DNA from: Malacoraja senta
Taxonomy: Eukaryota
Direction: 5' to 3'
DNA length: 64,000 nt
NCBI GenBank assembly: GCA_038087875.1
Contig: CM075978.1
Coordinates: forward strand, 179,924,001 to 179,988,000
The notes below the pieces were generated by a model. That model was not told the DNA's origin, searched no databases, and saw only the letters and a program-made list of their open reading frames with translations. This document shows, piece after piece, positions 11,203 through 25,125 of this stretch; positions within the stretch are counted from its first letter, which is position 1, and each line of letters opens with the position of its first letter. Made by a program: the position numbers and the translations under genes.

Positions 11203-12667
11203 CTAGACTAAGTGGGACCTGTTGGGCCCCAGTTTCACATGGGAGGGCTGGTCCCCCAATGCAATATTTCACTTCTCCACCAATTCCAATATTGCTGGCC
11301 AGTGGGGGGGGGGGGGGCGACGGAGGGGCTTTCTGGAGCGCTAGCATGGATGTTGTGGACCGAAGGGACTGTTTTCCAGAGGGCTAGTAAGGATATTGTG
11401 GGCCGANNNNNNNNNNNNNNNNNNNNNNNNNNNNNNNNNNNNNNNNNNNNNNNNNNNNNNNNNNNNNNNNNNNNNNNNNNNNNNNNNNNNNNNNNNNNNN
11501 NNNNNNNNNNNNNNNNNNNNNNNNNNNNNNNNNNNNNNNNNNNNNNNNNNNNNNNNNNNNNNNNNNNNNNNNNNNNNNNNNNNNNNNNNNNNNNNNNNNN
11601 NNNNNNNNNNNNNNNNNNNNNNNNNNNNNNNNNNNNNNNNNNNNNNNNNNNNNNNNNNNNNNNNNNNNNNNNNNNNNNNNNNNNNNNNNNNNNNNNNNNN
11701 NNNNNNNNNNNNNNNNNNNNNNNNNNNNNNNNNNNNNNNNNNNNNNNNNNNNNNNNNNNNNNAAATATGACAGTAAACTTCCTTGAATCTACTCACACGG
11801 CTGAGCGCGGCCGCTCCACTATGGGGCTTCCGCAGTCAGCGGCACTTCCACAATCAGTGTGACCTCTGCACTTACCGGAAATTATGTAATCAGTGCGACT
11901 CTGAACTCACCAGAAATTACGCAATCAGCGCGATCGGTCCACTTAGCGGAAGTCACGAAATGAGCGGACTTTTGGACTAAACACAGTCGGACCTAATAAA
12001 GCATTTATTCCTTCCAAATACAGTCAGACCTAATAAAGCATTTATTCCTTCCAAACACAGTCGGACCTAATAAAGCATTGCATTTTCAAGCACAGGCAGG
12101 GCAGCAGGCCAAACAACTCATGGCATTGTCATTTCATTTCATTTCATTTCCAATTTAGCATTGCACGTTCAAGCACAGGCAGGGCGGCAGGCCTAACAAC
12201 TCATGGCATTGTCATTTCATTTCATTTCATTTCATTTCATTTCATTTCATTTCGTTTCCATTTAAGTATTGCACATTCAAGCACAGGCAGAGCAGCAGGC
12301 CAAACAACTCATGACATTGTCATTAAGGGCGAACAAATCATTTATTGGAACTACATTGCAGACTCACAGTTCAGTTGATTCACAGCTTAGAATGACAGTC
12401 GTGGCCTCTCCCTCGTGATCTTGCAGAGTGACTGACTCACGTCCAGACACCAGGGGTTTTATAGTCCTGCCCCCCCCGGAAGGGGAGTTACCTTCATCGC
12501 AGTGATTGACAGGTGACAGAACCAATCAGCTGTTCTCAAGGTTTTTTAAACACTCATAACTTTTTTATTTTTCATCGATGGGAAAAATCACAGCGATACA
12601 GTGTAGCGTTTTTTCTAAAATAAATATAGAGCGCAAGTGGTCAAGATGAGTCTTTTAATTATATAGA
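11203..12667 (-). mobile_element. Non-autonomous Helitron
   Basis: On the minus strand: 5' A|TCTATATAATTAAAAG, and 3' imperfect GC hairpin (plus 11214-11230) followed 7 nt later by CTAG|T. Inserted between A and T with no TSD. Contains an N gap and internal repeats. Confidence 0.7.
11985..12320. repeat. Internal tandem repeats of the Helitron: 3x GGACCTAATAAAGCATT unit, 3x CAAGCACAGGCAG...CAACTCATG unit, (ATTTC)n
   Basis: Direct inspection. Confidence 0.85.
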
Positions 12668-13320
12668 TATCACCAGGGGACTATGCTCCAATACATATAC
12701 TGAGTAACATAGAAACATAGAAAATAGGTGCAGGAGGAGGCCATTCGGCCCTTCGAGCCAGTACCACCATTCATTGTGATCATGGCTGATTGTCCCCTAT
12801 CAATAACCCGTGCCTGCCTTCTCCCCATATCCCTTGACTCCATTAGCCCCTTGAGCTCTATCTAACTCTCTCTAAAATTCATCCAGTGACTTGGCCTCCA
12901 TTGCCCTCTGTGACAGGGAATTCCATAAATTCACAACTCTCTGGGTGAAAAAGTTTTTTCTCACCTCAGTCTTAAATGACCCCTTTATTCTAAGACTGTG
13001 GCCCCTGGTTCTGGACTCCCCTAACATTGGGAAACTTTTTCCTGCATCTAGCTTGTCCAGTCCTTTTATAATTTTATATGTTTCGATAAGATCCCCCCTG
13101 ATCCTTCTAAACTCCAGTAAATACAAGCCTAGTCTTTTCAATCTTTCCTCATATGACAGTCCCGCCATCCCAGGGATCAATCTCATGAACCTACACTGCA
13201 CTGCCTCAATCACAAGGATGTCCTTCCTCAAATTAGGAGACCAAAACTGAACACAATACTCCAGATGTGGTCTCACCAGAGCCCTATCCAACTGCAGAAG
13301 AACCTCTTTACTCGTATACT

Positions 13321-13949
13321 CCGAAAAGATCATCCACACATTCATCTCCTCCCGCCTAGCTTACTGCAACTCCCTTTACACTGGCATCAGCCAATCTTCC
13401 CTGTTCCGCCTGCAACTGGTCCAAAACGCCGCAGCGAGACTCCTGACGGGCACCCGAAAAAGGGACCACATCACCCCGATTCTGGCCTCTCTACACTGGC
13501 TCCCTGTGCGGTTCCGTATAAACTTCAAGATCCTCCCCCATGTCTACAAAGCCCTCAATGGGCTTGCCCCCACTTACATAAAAAGTCTTCTCACCCACCA
13601 CTCCACCTCCAGGCCCCTCAGATCGTCCGACTTGGGGTTGCTGAATATCCCACGGTCTAGGCATAAGCTCAGGGGCGACCGCGCCTTTGCGGTTGCAGCC
13701 CCTAGACTGTGAAAGAGCATCCCCTTTCCCATCAGAACTGCCCCCTCCATCGACTCTTTTAAGTCAAGACTAAAGACTTATCTATACTCCCAAGCCTTTC
13801 CTGATGTCCTCTGAGTGAGGGCTACATGTATTCATGTATGTAGTTTGTTTTGTTTGTGCTATTCTTATAACAAATGTAAAGCACTTTGGCCAACGAGAGT
13901 TGTTTTTTAAATGTGCTATATAAATAAATGTGACTTGACTTGACTTGAC
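13321..13949 (+). mobile_element. L2-type LINE 3' fragment inserted in CR1
   Basis: HWLPVRFRINFKILPHVYKALNGLAPTYI remnant, (TTGAC)n tail, candidate TSD TATACT at 13315-13320 and 13950-13955. Confidence 0.8.
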
Positions 13950-14774
13950 TATACTGAAATCCTCTTGTTATGAAGGCCAACATTCCATTAGCTTTCTTCA
14001 CTGCCTGCTGTACCTGTAAGCCAGCTTTCAGTGACCGGTGTACAAGGACGCCCAGATCTCGCTGCACCTCCCCCTTACCTAACCTAACCCCATTGAGATA
14101 ATAATCTGCCCCCTTGCCTTTGCCACCAAAGTGGATAACCTCACATTTATCTATATTATACTGCATCTGCCACGCATCTGCCCACTCACTCAACCCGTCC
14201 AGGTCACCCTGCAACCTCCTAAATTCCTCTTCACAGTTCACACTGCCACCCAGCTTTGTGTCATCTGCAAACTTGCTAGTGTTGCTCCTAATTCCCTCTT
14301 CCAAATCATTAATATATATGGTAAACAGTTGCGGCTCCAACACCGAGCCTTGCGGCACTCCACTCGCCACTGCCTGCCATTCTGAAAAGGACCCGTTCAC
14401 TCCTACTCTTTGCTTCCGGTCTGCCAACCAATCTTCTATCCATGTCAACACCCTACCCCCAATACCATGTGCTCTAATTTTAGTCACAAGTCTCCCATGC
14501 GGGACCTTATCAAAGGCTTTCTGAAAGTCTAGATACACTACATCCACTGGCAACCCTTCATCCATTTTACTTGTCACATCCTCAAAAAATTCCAGAAGAT
14601 TAGTCAAGCATGATTTCCCTTTCCGTTAATTTAAGCAAGACGGCTCTTAGCGAGCGGCAGTGAGTGAGCGGCCTTGTGAGGGAAGTGTGAGTCTTTGGCT
14701 CGAGAGTCTTCGGCGAGGAGGCTGAGGAGAGGAGACCACGCAATACGCTTGAGAGGTAGAGACGAAAGAAGGAG

Positions 14775-15700
14775 ATGTCAGGCAAGCTGATTCAGTGCGA
14801 TGCTTGCAGTATGTGGGAGGTCAAGGCACCGCTGGTGCCTCTGGCTGCTACAAATGCGAGAAGTGCATCCAGGTAGAGCTCCTGAAGGGCCGTGTTGGGG
14901 AACTGGAGAAGCAAGTGGATGACCTCCGGTTCGTCCGAGAAACGGAGTCGTTCCTCGACAAGCCCTACAGTACGATTGTTACACCTAAGGTACTGGAAGA
15001 GAGAAGGTGGGAGACAGTGAGAAAGGGAGGGAAGCATGGAATGCCAACGTCCCCGGGTGTTGTACCACTTGTGAACAGGTTCACCCGCTTAGAAGCTGTT
15101 GGGACAGAAGACGTGTTTACACTGAGCGGCGGACTGGCTTGCGATCCGAATAGGGCTGTTGAGCCAAAACCAAAAAGGCCTAAGGCAGGCAACGCCATTG
15201 TAGTGGGAGACTCCATTGTAAGAGGTACGGACAGGGGTTTCTGCGGCAACAGACGGGATGCGAGGATGGTGTGCTGCCTTCCTGGTGCCAGGATCCAGGA
15301 TGTCACGGACAGAGTGCAGAAAATCCTCAAGGGCGAAGGTGAACATCCGGAAGTGGTAGTGCATGTCGGCACAAACGATGTCGGAAAGAAGGGGATGAAT
15401 ATTCTGCAGCGTGACTTTAGAGAGCTCGGAAAAATGCTGAAAAGCAGGACCTCCAGGGTTATTATCTCCGGTTTGCTTCCAGTTCCTCGTGCTGGCGAGA
15501 GCAGGAACAGGGAGATACGGGACCTGAACGTGTGGCTGAGGAACTGGTGCACGGGGAAGGGATTTAGATTCTTAGATCACTGGGATCTGTTTTGGGGTAA
15601 GGGGGAACTGTACAAAAGGGACGGATTGCATCTTAACAGGTGTGGGACCAGCATTCTGGCAGGCAGGTTTGCCACTGCTACACGGGTGGTTTTAAACTGA
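14775..15700 (+). pseudogene. CR1 ORF1: Cys zinc finger, coiled coil, SGNH/GDSL esterase; one frameshift near the N-terminus
   Basis: MSGKLIQCDAC then, in the shifted frame, CYKCEKC; VVGDSIVRG and VHVGTNDV esterase blocks. Confidence 0.85.
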
Positions 15701-15795
15701 ATAAGGGGAGTGGGGTGTCGAATGGGATAGAGGAGGATGGAGTTAAAGGGAAAGGGTTTCTTAAATGTGTGAGCGTAGAGACAGAGGGGTGTAAA

Positions 15796-18728
15796 ATGAG
15801 GGTAGAAGCAATAGGTAGCAAGGTGAAAAGTAAAAGTGGCAGGCAGACAAAACCAGGGCAAAAATCAAAAAGGGCAACTTTTCAACATAATTGTATAAGG
15901 GGTAAGAGTGTTGTAAAAACAAGCCTGAAGGCTTTGTGTCTCAATGCAAGGAGCATTCGTAATAAGGTGGATGAGTTGAATGTGCAGATAGCTATTAATG
16001 ACTATGATATGGTTGGGATCACGGAGACATGGCTCCAGGGTGACCAAGGCTGGGAGCTGAACATCCAGGGATATTCAATATTCAGGAGGGATAGAGAGAA
16101 AGGAAAAGGAGGTGGGCTAGCGTTGCTGATTAGAGAGGAGATTAACGCAATGGAAAGGAAAGACATTAGTTTCGAGGATGTGGAATCGGTATGGGTAGAA
16201 CTGCAACACTAAGGGGCAGAAAACGCTGGTGGGTGTTGTGTACAGGCCACCTAACAGTAGTAGTGAAGTTGGAGATGGTATCAAAGAGGAAATTAGAAAT
16301 GCGTGCGACAAAGGCAAAACAGTTATAATGGGTGACTTCAATCTACATATAGATTGGGTGAATCAAATTGGCAGGGGTGCTGAGGAAGAGGATTTCTTGG
16401 AATGTATGCGGGATAGTTATCTAAATCAACATGTAGAGGAACCAACGAGAGAGCAGGCTATTTTAGACTGGGTATTGAGTAATGAAGAAGGGTTAGTTAG
16501 CAGTCTTGTTGTACGTGCCCCCTTGGGCAAGAGTGACCATAATATGGTTGAGTTCTTCATTAGGATGGAGAGTGACATTGTTAATTCAGAAACAATGGTT
16601 CTGAACTTAAAGAAAGGTAACTTTGAGGGTATGAGACGTGAATTGGCCAAGATTGACTGGCAATTAATTCTAAAAGGGTTGACGGTGGATATGCAATGGA
16701 AGACATTTAAAGACTGCATGGATGAACTACAAAAATTGTTCATCCCAGTTTGACAAAAGAATAAATCAGGGAAGGTAGTGCATCCGTGGATAACAAGGGA
16801 AATCAGGGATGGTATCAAAGCGAAGGATGATGCGTACAAATTAGCCAGAAAAAGCAGCATACCGGAGGACGGAGAAATTCAGAGACCAGCAGAGGAGGAC
16901 AAAGGGCTTAATTAGGAAAGGAAAAGTAGATTATGAAAGAAAACTGGCAGGGAACATAAAAACTGACTGCAAAAGTTTTTATAGATATGTGAAAAGAAAG
17001 AGATTAGTTAAAACAAATGTAGGTCCCTTGCAGTCAGAAACAGGTGAGTTGATCTTGGGGAACAAGGATATGGCGGACCAATTGAATAACTACTTTGGTT
17101 CCGTCTTCACTAAGGAAGACATAAATAATCTGCCGGAAATAGCAGGGGACCGCGGGTCAAAGGAGTTGGAGGAATTGAGTGAAATCCAGGTTAGTCGGGG
17201 AGTGGTGTTGGGTAAATTGAATGGATTAAAGGCCGATAAATTCCCAGGGCCAGATAGGCTGCATCCCAGAGTACTTAAGGAAGTAGCTCCAGAAATAGTG
17301 GATGCATTAGTAATAATCTTTCAAAACTCTTTAGATTCTGGAATAGTTCCTGAGGATTGGCGGGTAGCAAACGTAACCCCACTTTTCAACAAGGGAGGGA
17401 GAGAGAAAACGGGGAATTACAGACCAGTTAGTCTAACATCGGTAGTGGGGAAACTGCTAGAGTCACTTATTAAAGATGGGATAGCAGCACATTTGGAAAG
17501 TGGCGAAATGATTGGACAAAGTCAGCATGGATTTACAAAAGGTAAATCATGTCTGACGAATCTTATAGAATTTTTCGAGGATGTAACTAGTAGCGTGGAT
17601 AGGTGAGAACCAGTGGATGTGGTGTATCTGGACTTCCAGAAGGCTTTTGACAAGGTCCCACATAAGAGATTAGTGTACAAACTTAAAGCACATGGCATTG
17701 GGGGTTCAGTATTGATGTGGATAGAGAACTGGCTGGCAAACAGGAAGCAAAGAGTAGGAGTAAACGGGTCCTTTTCACAATGGCAGGCAGTGACTAGTGG
17801 GGTACCGCAAGGCTCAGTGCTGGGACCCCAGCTATTTACAATATATATTAATGAACTGGATGAGGGAATTGAAGGCAATATCTCCAAGTTTGCAGATGAC
17901 ACTAAGCTGGGGGGCAGTGCTAGCTGTGAGGAGGATGCTAGGAGACTGCAAGGTGACTTGGATAGGCTGGGTGAGTGGGCAAATGTTTGGCAGATGCAGT
18001 ATAATGTGGATAAATGTGAGGTTATCCATTTTGGTGGCAAAAACAGGAAAGCAGACTATTATCTAAATGGTGGCCGACTAGGAAAAGGGGAGATGCAGCG
18101 AGACCTGGGTGTCATGGTACACCAGTCATTGAAAGTAGGCATGCAGGTGCAGCAGGCAGTGAAGAAAGCGAATGGTATGTTAGCTTTCATAGCAAAAGGA
18201 TTTGAGTATAGGAGCAGGGAGGTTCTACTGCAGTTGTACAGGGTCTTGGTGAGACCACACCTGGAGTATTGCGTACAGTTTTGGTCTCCAAATCTGAGGA
18301 AGGACATTATTGCCATAGAGGGAGTGCAGAGAAGGTTTACCAGACTGATTCCTGGGATGTCAGGACTGTCTTATGAAGAAAGACTGGATAGACTTGGTTT
18401 ATACTCTCTAGAATTTAGGAGATTGAGAGGGGATCTTATAGAAACTTACAAAATTCTTAAGGGGTTGGACAGGCTAGATGCAGGAAGATTGCTCCCGATG
18501 TTGGGGAAGTCCAGGACAAGGGGTCACAGCTTAAGGATAAGGGGGAAATCCTTTAAAACCGAGATGAGAAGAACCTTTTTCACACAGAGAGTGGTGAATC
18601 TCTGGAACTCTCTGCCACAGAAGGTAGTCGAGGGCAGTTCATTGGCTATATTTAAGAGGGAGTTAGATGTGGCCCTTGTGGCTAAAGGGATCAGAGGATA
18701 TGGAGAGAAGGCAGGTACGGGATACTGA
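15796..18728 (+). pseudogene. CR1 ORF2: APE endonuclease + reverse transcriptase, several stops and frameshifts
   Basis: CLNARSI, GITETWL, MGDFN, SDHN (endonuclease); [32 protein letters not shown] (RT); broken near 16205, 16751, 16870 and 17604. Confidence 0.9.
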
Positions 18729-20309
18729 GTTGGATGATCAGCCATGATCATATTGAATGGCGGTGCAGGCTCGAAGGGCCGAATGGCCTACTCCTGCACC
18801 TAATTTCTATGTTTCAATGTTTCTATAAATCCATATTGACTTGGACTAATCCTTTTACTGCTATGCAAATGCCCCATTACTACCTCTTTAATAATTGAGC
18901 AGCATCTTTCCCACCACCGAAGTCAGGCTAACTGGTCTGTAATTCCCCGTTTTCTCTCTCGCTTCTTTCTTGAAAAGTGGGATAACATTTGCTATCCTCC
19001 AATCCACAGGAACTGATCCTGAATCTATTGAACATTGAAAAATGATCACCAATGCGTCCACTATTTCTAGAGCCACCTCCCTGAGGACCCTGTGATGCAG
19101 ACCATCAGGTCCAGGGGATTTATCATCCTTCAGTCGCATTAGCCTACCCAATACTATTTCTCGCCTAATGAAAATTTCTTTCAGTTCCACTACCCCCTTA
19201 GATCCTCTGTCCTCCAGTACATCTGGGGGATTGTTTGTGTCTTCCCTAGTGAAAACAGATCCGAAGTACCTATTCAACTGTTCTGCCATTTCCTTGTTGC
19301 CCATAATAATTTCACCCCTGTCTGCCTTCAAGGGACCCACATTTGACTTTGCTAATCTTTTTCCCTTAACATATCTAAAAGTACTGTCCTTCTTTATATT
19401 CCTGGCCAGCTTCCCTTCGTACTTCATCTTTTCAGCCCATATTGCCAATTTGTTTCCTTCTGTTGTCCTATGAAAGTTTCCCAATCCTCTGGCTTCCGGC
19501 TACTCTTTGCTGTGTTATACATCCCTAACTTCCCTTTATTCTATCCCTAACTTCTCTTGTTAGCCACGGTTGCCTCCTACTCCCCTTAGAGTCTTTCTTC
19601 ATTTTTGGAATTAAATGATCCTGCGTCTTCCGGATTATGCCCAGAGTAGGTGCATGGAACAAATCAAAGATTGGATGTGCCAAAACTTTCTTCAAAAAAC
19701 TTGTTGTTTTTGGAGCCAAAGAGGAACGATTAAAAGTCAGTGTTCAGATTCAACCGGCAATGTTAAAAACCACGAACAAAGCCAGAACTCTTGGTGTAGT
19801 CAAGGACTCAGACCTGAACTTCAACAGCCACTTTAAGACAATTACAAAGTCAGCCTTCTATCACCTTAAGTATATATCAAGGGTTAAAGGACTTATGGTT
19901 CAGCAGGATTTGGAAAAACTTGTCCATGCATTTATCTTCAGTGGACTTGACTATTGTAATGCTGTCTTCACAGGTCTCCCCAAAAAATTGATTAGACAGC
20001 TGCAGCAGATTCAGAACGCTGTTGCTCGAGCCCTCTCTAAAACCAAGAAAGTGGATCACATCACTCCAGTTTTTAGGTCTTTACTGTCAAAGAATTGATT
20101 TCAAAATATTACTGTTGGTTTATAAAGCACTGAATGGTCTGGGCCAAAATGCATTTCTGATCTTCTGCTACATTATGAACCATCCAGACCTCTGAGATCG
20201 TCAGGGACATGTCTGCTTTCTGTCCCCAGAGTCAGAACTAAATTTGGAGAAGCAGCGTTTAGTTTTTATGCACCACATATATGGAACAAACTTCCAGAAA
20301 ATTGCAGTT

Positions 20310-23300
20310 CCTCGACCACTGCTACACCACCATCAAGGATGTCTATCGCTCTATCCCTCGCCCTCACTTTGGTAAATCTGAGCATTCCACAGTGCTGCTT
20401 CTTCCTGCCTACAGGCAGCAATTAAAGAGCGCACCCCCAGAGGTGAGGACTGTTCAGAGCTGGTCGGGAGGGGCAGAGGAACAACTCCAGGACTGTTTGG
20501 AGTCTGTAGACTGGGCAATGTTCAGGGACTCGGCAGCGGACCTGAACGAATATGCCACAGTCATTAGAGACGTCATAAAGAAGTGTGTAGAGGACTGCAT
20601 CCCAACAAAAACCTTCCAAGTGTTTCCCAACCAGAAGCCTTGGATGAACTATGAGATCCGCACTCTTCTGAAGTCCAGACACCGGACATTCATGTCTGAA
20701 GGTACCGAGGACTACAGGCCACCTAACAGTAGTAGTGGAGTTGGGGATGGCATCAAACAGGAAATTAGAAATGCGTGCAACAAAGGTAAAACAGTTATAA
20801 TGGGTGACTTCAATCTACATATAGATTGGGTGAATCAAAATGGCAGGGGTGCTGAGGAAGAGGATTTCTTGGAATGTATGCGGGATAGTTTTCAAAACCA
20901 ACATGTAGAGGAACCAACGAGAGAACAGGCTATTCTAGACTGGGTATTGAGTAATGAGAAAGGGTTGGTTAGCAGATTTGTTGTGCGTGGCCCCTTGGGC
21001 AAGAGTGACCATAATATGGTTGAGTTCTTCATTAGGATGGAGAATGACATTGTTAATTCAGAAACAAGGGTTCTGAACTTAAAGAAGGGTAACTTTGAGG
21101 GTATGAGACGTGAATTGGCCAAGATAGACTGGCAAGTGATTCTTAAAGGGTTGACGGTGGATATGCAATGGAAGGCATTTAAAGACTGCATGGATGAACT
21201 ACAACAATTGTTCATCCCAGTTTGGCAAAAGAATAAATCAGGGAAGGTAGCGCATCCGTGGATAACAAGGGAAATCAGGGATAGTATCAAAACAAAAGAT
21301 GAAGCATACAAATTAGCCAGAAAAAGCAGCCTACCAGAGGACTGGGAGAAATTCAGAGTCCAGCAGAGGAGGACAAAGGGCTTAATTAGGAAAGGAAAAA
21401 TAGATTATGAAAGAAACCTGGCAGGGAACATAAAAACTGACTGCAAAAGTCTTTATAGATATGTGAAGAGAAAAAGATTAGTTAAAACAAATGTAGGTCC
21501 CTTGCAGTCAGAAACTGGTGAATTGATCATGGGGAACAAGGACATGGCAGACCAATTGAATAACTACTTTGGTTCTGTCTTCACTAAGGAAGACATAAAG
21601 AATCTGCCGGAAATAGCAGGGGACCGGGGGTCAAATGAGATGGAGGAACTGAGTGGAATCCCGGTTAGCCGGGAAGTGGTGTTAGGTAAATTGAATGGAT
21701 TAAAGGCCGATAAATCCCCAGGGCCAGACAGGCTGCATCCCAGAGTACTTAAGGAAGTAGCCCCAGAAATAGTGGATGCATTAGTGATAATTTTTCAAAA
21801 CTCTTTTGATTCTGGAGTAGTTCCTGAGGATTGGAGGGTAGCTAATGTAATCCCACTTTTTAAAAAGGGAGGGAGAGAGAAATCGGGGAATTACAGACCA
21901 GTTAGCCTAACATCGGTAGTGGGGAAAATGCTAGAGTCAGTTATTAAAGATGGGATAGCAGCACATTTGGAAAGTGGTAAAATCGTTGGACAAAGTCAGC
22001 ATGGATTTATGAAAGGTAAATCATGTCTGACGAATCTTATAGAATTTTTCGAGGATGTAACTAGTAGAGTGGATAAGGGAGAACCAGTGGATGTGTTATA
22101 TCTGGACTTTCAGAAGGCATTCGACAAGATCCCACATTAGAGATTAGTATGCAAACTTAAAGCACACGGTATTGGGGGTTCAGTATTGATGTGGATAGAG
22201 AACTGGCTGGCAGACAGGAAGCAAAGAGTAGGAGTAAACGGGTCCTTTTCAGAATGGCAGGCAGTGACTAGTGGGGTACCGCAAGGCTCAGTGCTGGGAC
22301 CCCAGCTATTTACAATATATATTAATGATCTGGATGAGGGAATTGAATGCAACATCTCCAAATTTGCGGATGACACGAAGCTGGGGGGCAGCATTAGCTG
22401 TGAGGAGGATGCTAGGAGGCTGCAAGGTGACTAGGATAGGTTGGGTGAGTGGGCAAATGCATGGCAGATGCAGTATAATGTGGATAAATGTGAGGTTATC
22501 CACTTTGGTGGCAAAAACAGGAAAGTAGACTATTATCTGAATGGTGGCTGATTAGGAAAAGAGGAGATGCAAGGAGATATGGGTGTCATGGTACACCAGT
22601 CATTGAAAGTAGGCATGCAGGTGCAGCGGGCAGTGAAGAAAGCAAATGGTATGTTAGCATTCATAGCAAAAGGATTGAGTATAAGAGCAGGGAGGTTCAA
22701 CTGCAGTTGTACAGGGTCTTGGTGGGGCCACACCTGGAGTATTGCGTACAGTTTTGGTCACCAAATCTGAGGAAAGACATTCTTGCCATAGAGGGAGTAC
22801 AGAGAAGGTTCACCAGACTGATTCCTGGGATGGCAGGACTTTCATATGAAGAAAGACTGGATAGACTCGGCTTGTACTCGCTAGAATTTAGAAGATTGAG
22901 GGGGGATCTTATAGAAACTTACAAGATTCTTAAGGGGTTGGACAGGCTAGATGCAGGAAGATTGTTCCCGATGTTGGGGAAGTCCCGACCAAGGGGTCAC
23001 AGTTTAAGGATAAGGGGGAACTCTTTTAGGACCGAGATGAGAAAATCATTTTTCACACAGAGAGTGGTGAATCTGTGGAATTCTCTGCCACAGAAGGTAG
23101 TTGAGGCCAGTTCATTGGCTATATTTAAGAGGGAGTTAGATGTGGCCCTTGTGGCTAAAGGGATCAGGGGGTGTGGAGAGAAGGCAGGTACAGGATACTG
23201 AGTTGGATGATCAGCCATGATCATATTGAATGGCGGTGCAGGTTCGAAGGGCCGAATGACCTACTCCTGCACCTATTTTCTATGTTTCTATGTTTCTACC

Positions 23301-25125
23301 AGATACGACCTTAGTAAGGCTATCAAAAAGGACAAAACGGACCTGCTCCAAGCTAGAGGATGAGACAGATGTTCGGCAGCCGTGGCGGGGCCTGAATGCA
23401 ATCACCTCCTACAAGGCAAAATCAGGAGGCAGCACACAGTCCCTTCACTCCCTGACGAGCTCAATGCGTTTGATGCACGCATTGATAGGGAGAACACTGA
23501 TGTGCCTTCTCGGGCCTCCATTCGCTGTGATGGTATTTCGGTCATGGTCACTGAGGTCGACGTCAGGAAATCCTTCAGAGGGGTGAACCCTCGGAAAGCG
23601 CCTGGACCTGATGGCATACCCGGTCGTGTTCTAAAAACCTGTGCGGACCAACTGACTGGAGTTTTTACGGACATTTTCAACCTCTCACTTCTGAGGTCTG
23701 AGGTTCCCACCTGCTTTAAAAGGGCATCAATTATACCAGTGCCCAAGAAGAGCAAGGTGACGTGCCTCAATGACCATCGACCAGTGGCACTAACATCGGA
23801 AGTGATGAAGTGCTTTGAGAGGTTGATCATGGCGCAAATCAACTCCTACCTCGACAAAAACATGGACCCACTGCAGTTCGCTTACCGCCACAACAGATCA
23901 ACGGTGGATGCGATCTCGCTGGCTCTCCACTCCGCTCTGGACCACTTGGACAACAAAAACTCATGTCAGGCTGTTATTCATTGACTGCAGCTCGGCTTTA
24001 ATACTATCATCCCCTCCAAGCTGGTTACCAAACTCTCAAAACTGGGTCTCTGCGCATCCCTCTGCAATTGGATCCTCGACTTCCTCATTCACAGACCACA
24101 GTCTGTCCGTATTGGTGGAAATGTGTCAGACTCGATAACAATCATCACGGGAGCACCACAAGGCTGCATGCTCAGCCCCCTGCTGTACTCACTCTATACT
24201 CATGACTGTGTAGCCGGTCATAGTGCGAACTCCATCATCAAGTTCGCTGATGACACCACTGTTGTGGGACGTATCACTGATGGAGATAAGTCAGAGTATA
24301 GAAGTGAGATCGACCGTTTGACCAAATGGTGCCAGCACAATAACCTGGGTCTCAACACCAGCAAAACCAAGGAACTGATTGTGGAGTTTGGAAGGGGTAG
24401 GATGGGGACCCATAGTCCCGTTTATATCAACGGGTCGATGGTGGAAAGGGTCAAGAGCCTCAAATTCCTGGGCGTGCATATCTCTCCTGCTCCGAGAACA
24501 CGGATGCAATTATAAAGAAAGCACATCAGCGCCTCTACTTCCTCTACTTATGGAGAGTCGGTATGTCAAGGAGGACTCTCTCGAACTTCTACAGGTGCAC
24601 AGTAGAGAGCATGCTGACCGGTTGCATCGTGGCTTGGTTCGGCAACTTGAGCGCCCAGGAGCAGAAAAGACTGCAAAAAGTTGTAAGCACTGCCCAGTCC
24701 ATCATCAGTTCTGACCTCCCTACCTTCGCGGGGATGTATTGCAGTCGCTGCTTAAAAAAGGCTGCAACATCATCAAGGACCCACACCATCCTGGCCACTC
24801 ACTCATCTACCCGCTGCCTAAAGGTAGAAGGTACAGGAGTCTGAAATCTGCAACATCCAGGTTCAGGAATAGCTACTTCCCCACAGCCATCGGGCTATTA
24901 AACACAACTCAAACAAAACTCTGATCATTAATAGCCCATTGCACGTTATCAGTTTATTTATGTGTGTATATATATGTTCATTGGTATACGGTCACACTGA
25001 TCAGTTCTGTTCTGTATTTATTTATGCCTATTATATTCTGTTATGCTGAAGCAAAGGAAGAATTTCATTGTCCTATCTGGGACATATAACAATAAACTCT
25101 CTTGAATCTTGAATCTTGAACCTTG
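20310..25125 (+). mobile_element. Rex1/Babar LINE split by CR1 (pieces 20310-20712 and 23298-25125)
   Basis: PRPHFGKSEH endonuclease end, [33 protein letters not shown]; (TTGAATC)n tail. Confidence 0.85.
20713..23297 (+). mobile_element. 5'-truncated CR1 inserted in Rex1
   Basis: Close to the 14625-18826 element; (TTTCTATG)n tail at 23276-23297. Confidence 0.9.

Larger units (their letters stand above)
14625..18826 (+). mobile_element. Near full-length CR1 LINE (5'UTR, ORF1, ORF2, TTTCTATG tail)
   Basis: GC-rich 5'UTR, ORF1 and ORF2 in order, 3' hairpin region and (TTTCTATG)n-like tail. Confidence 0.92.
12706..19640 (-). mobile_element. CR1 LINE (host) split into 12706-13320, 13951-14623 and 18825-19640 by later insertions
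   Basis: (CATAGAAA)n tail at 12706; RT motifs YLDFQKAFDKVPH and [10 protein letters not shown]; sequence continues collinearly across both inserts. Confidence 0.85.

Noticed and set aside
11985-12320. Spaced direct repeats as a CRISPR-like array
   Set aside because: Eukaryotic context, no unique spacers of constant length, no cas genes; these are internal repeats of a Helitron.
20281-22140. 619-aa ORF as one retroelement protein or a novel fusion
   Set aside because: Chance in-frame junction of L2, Rex1 and CR1 fragments created by nested insertion.
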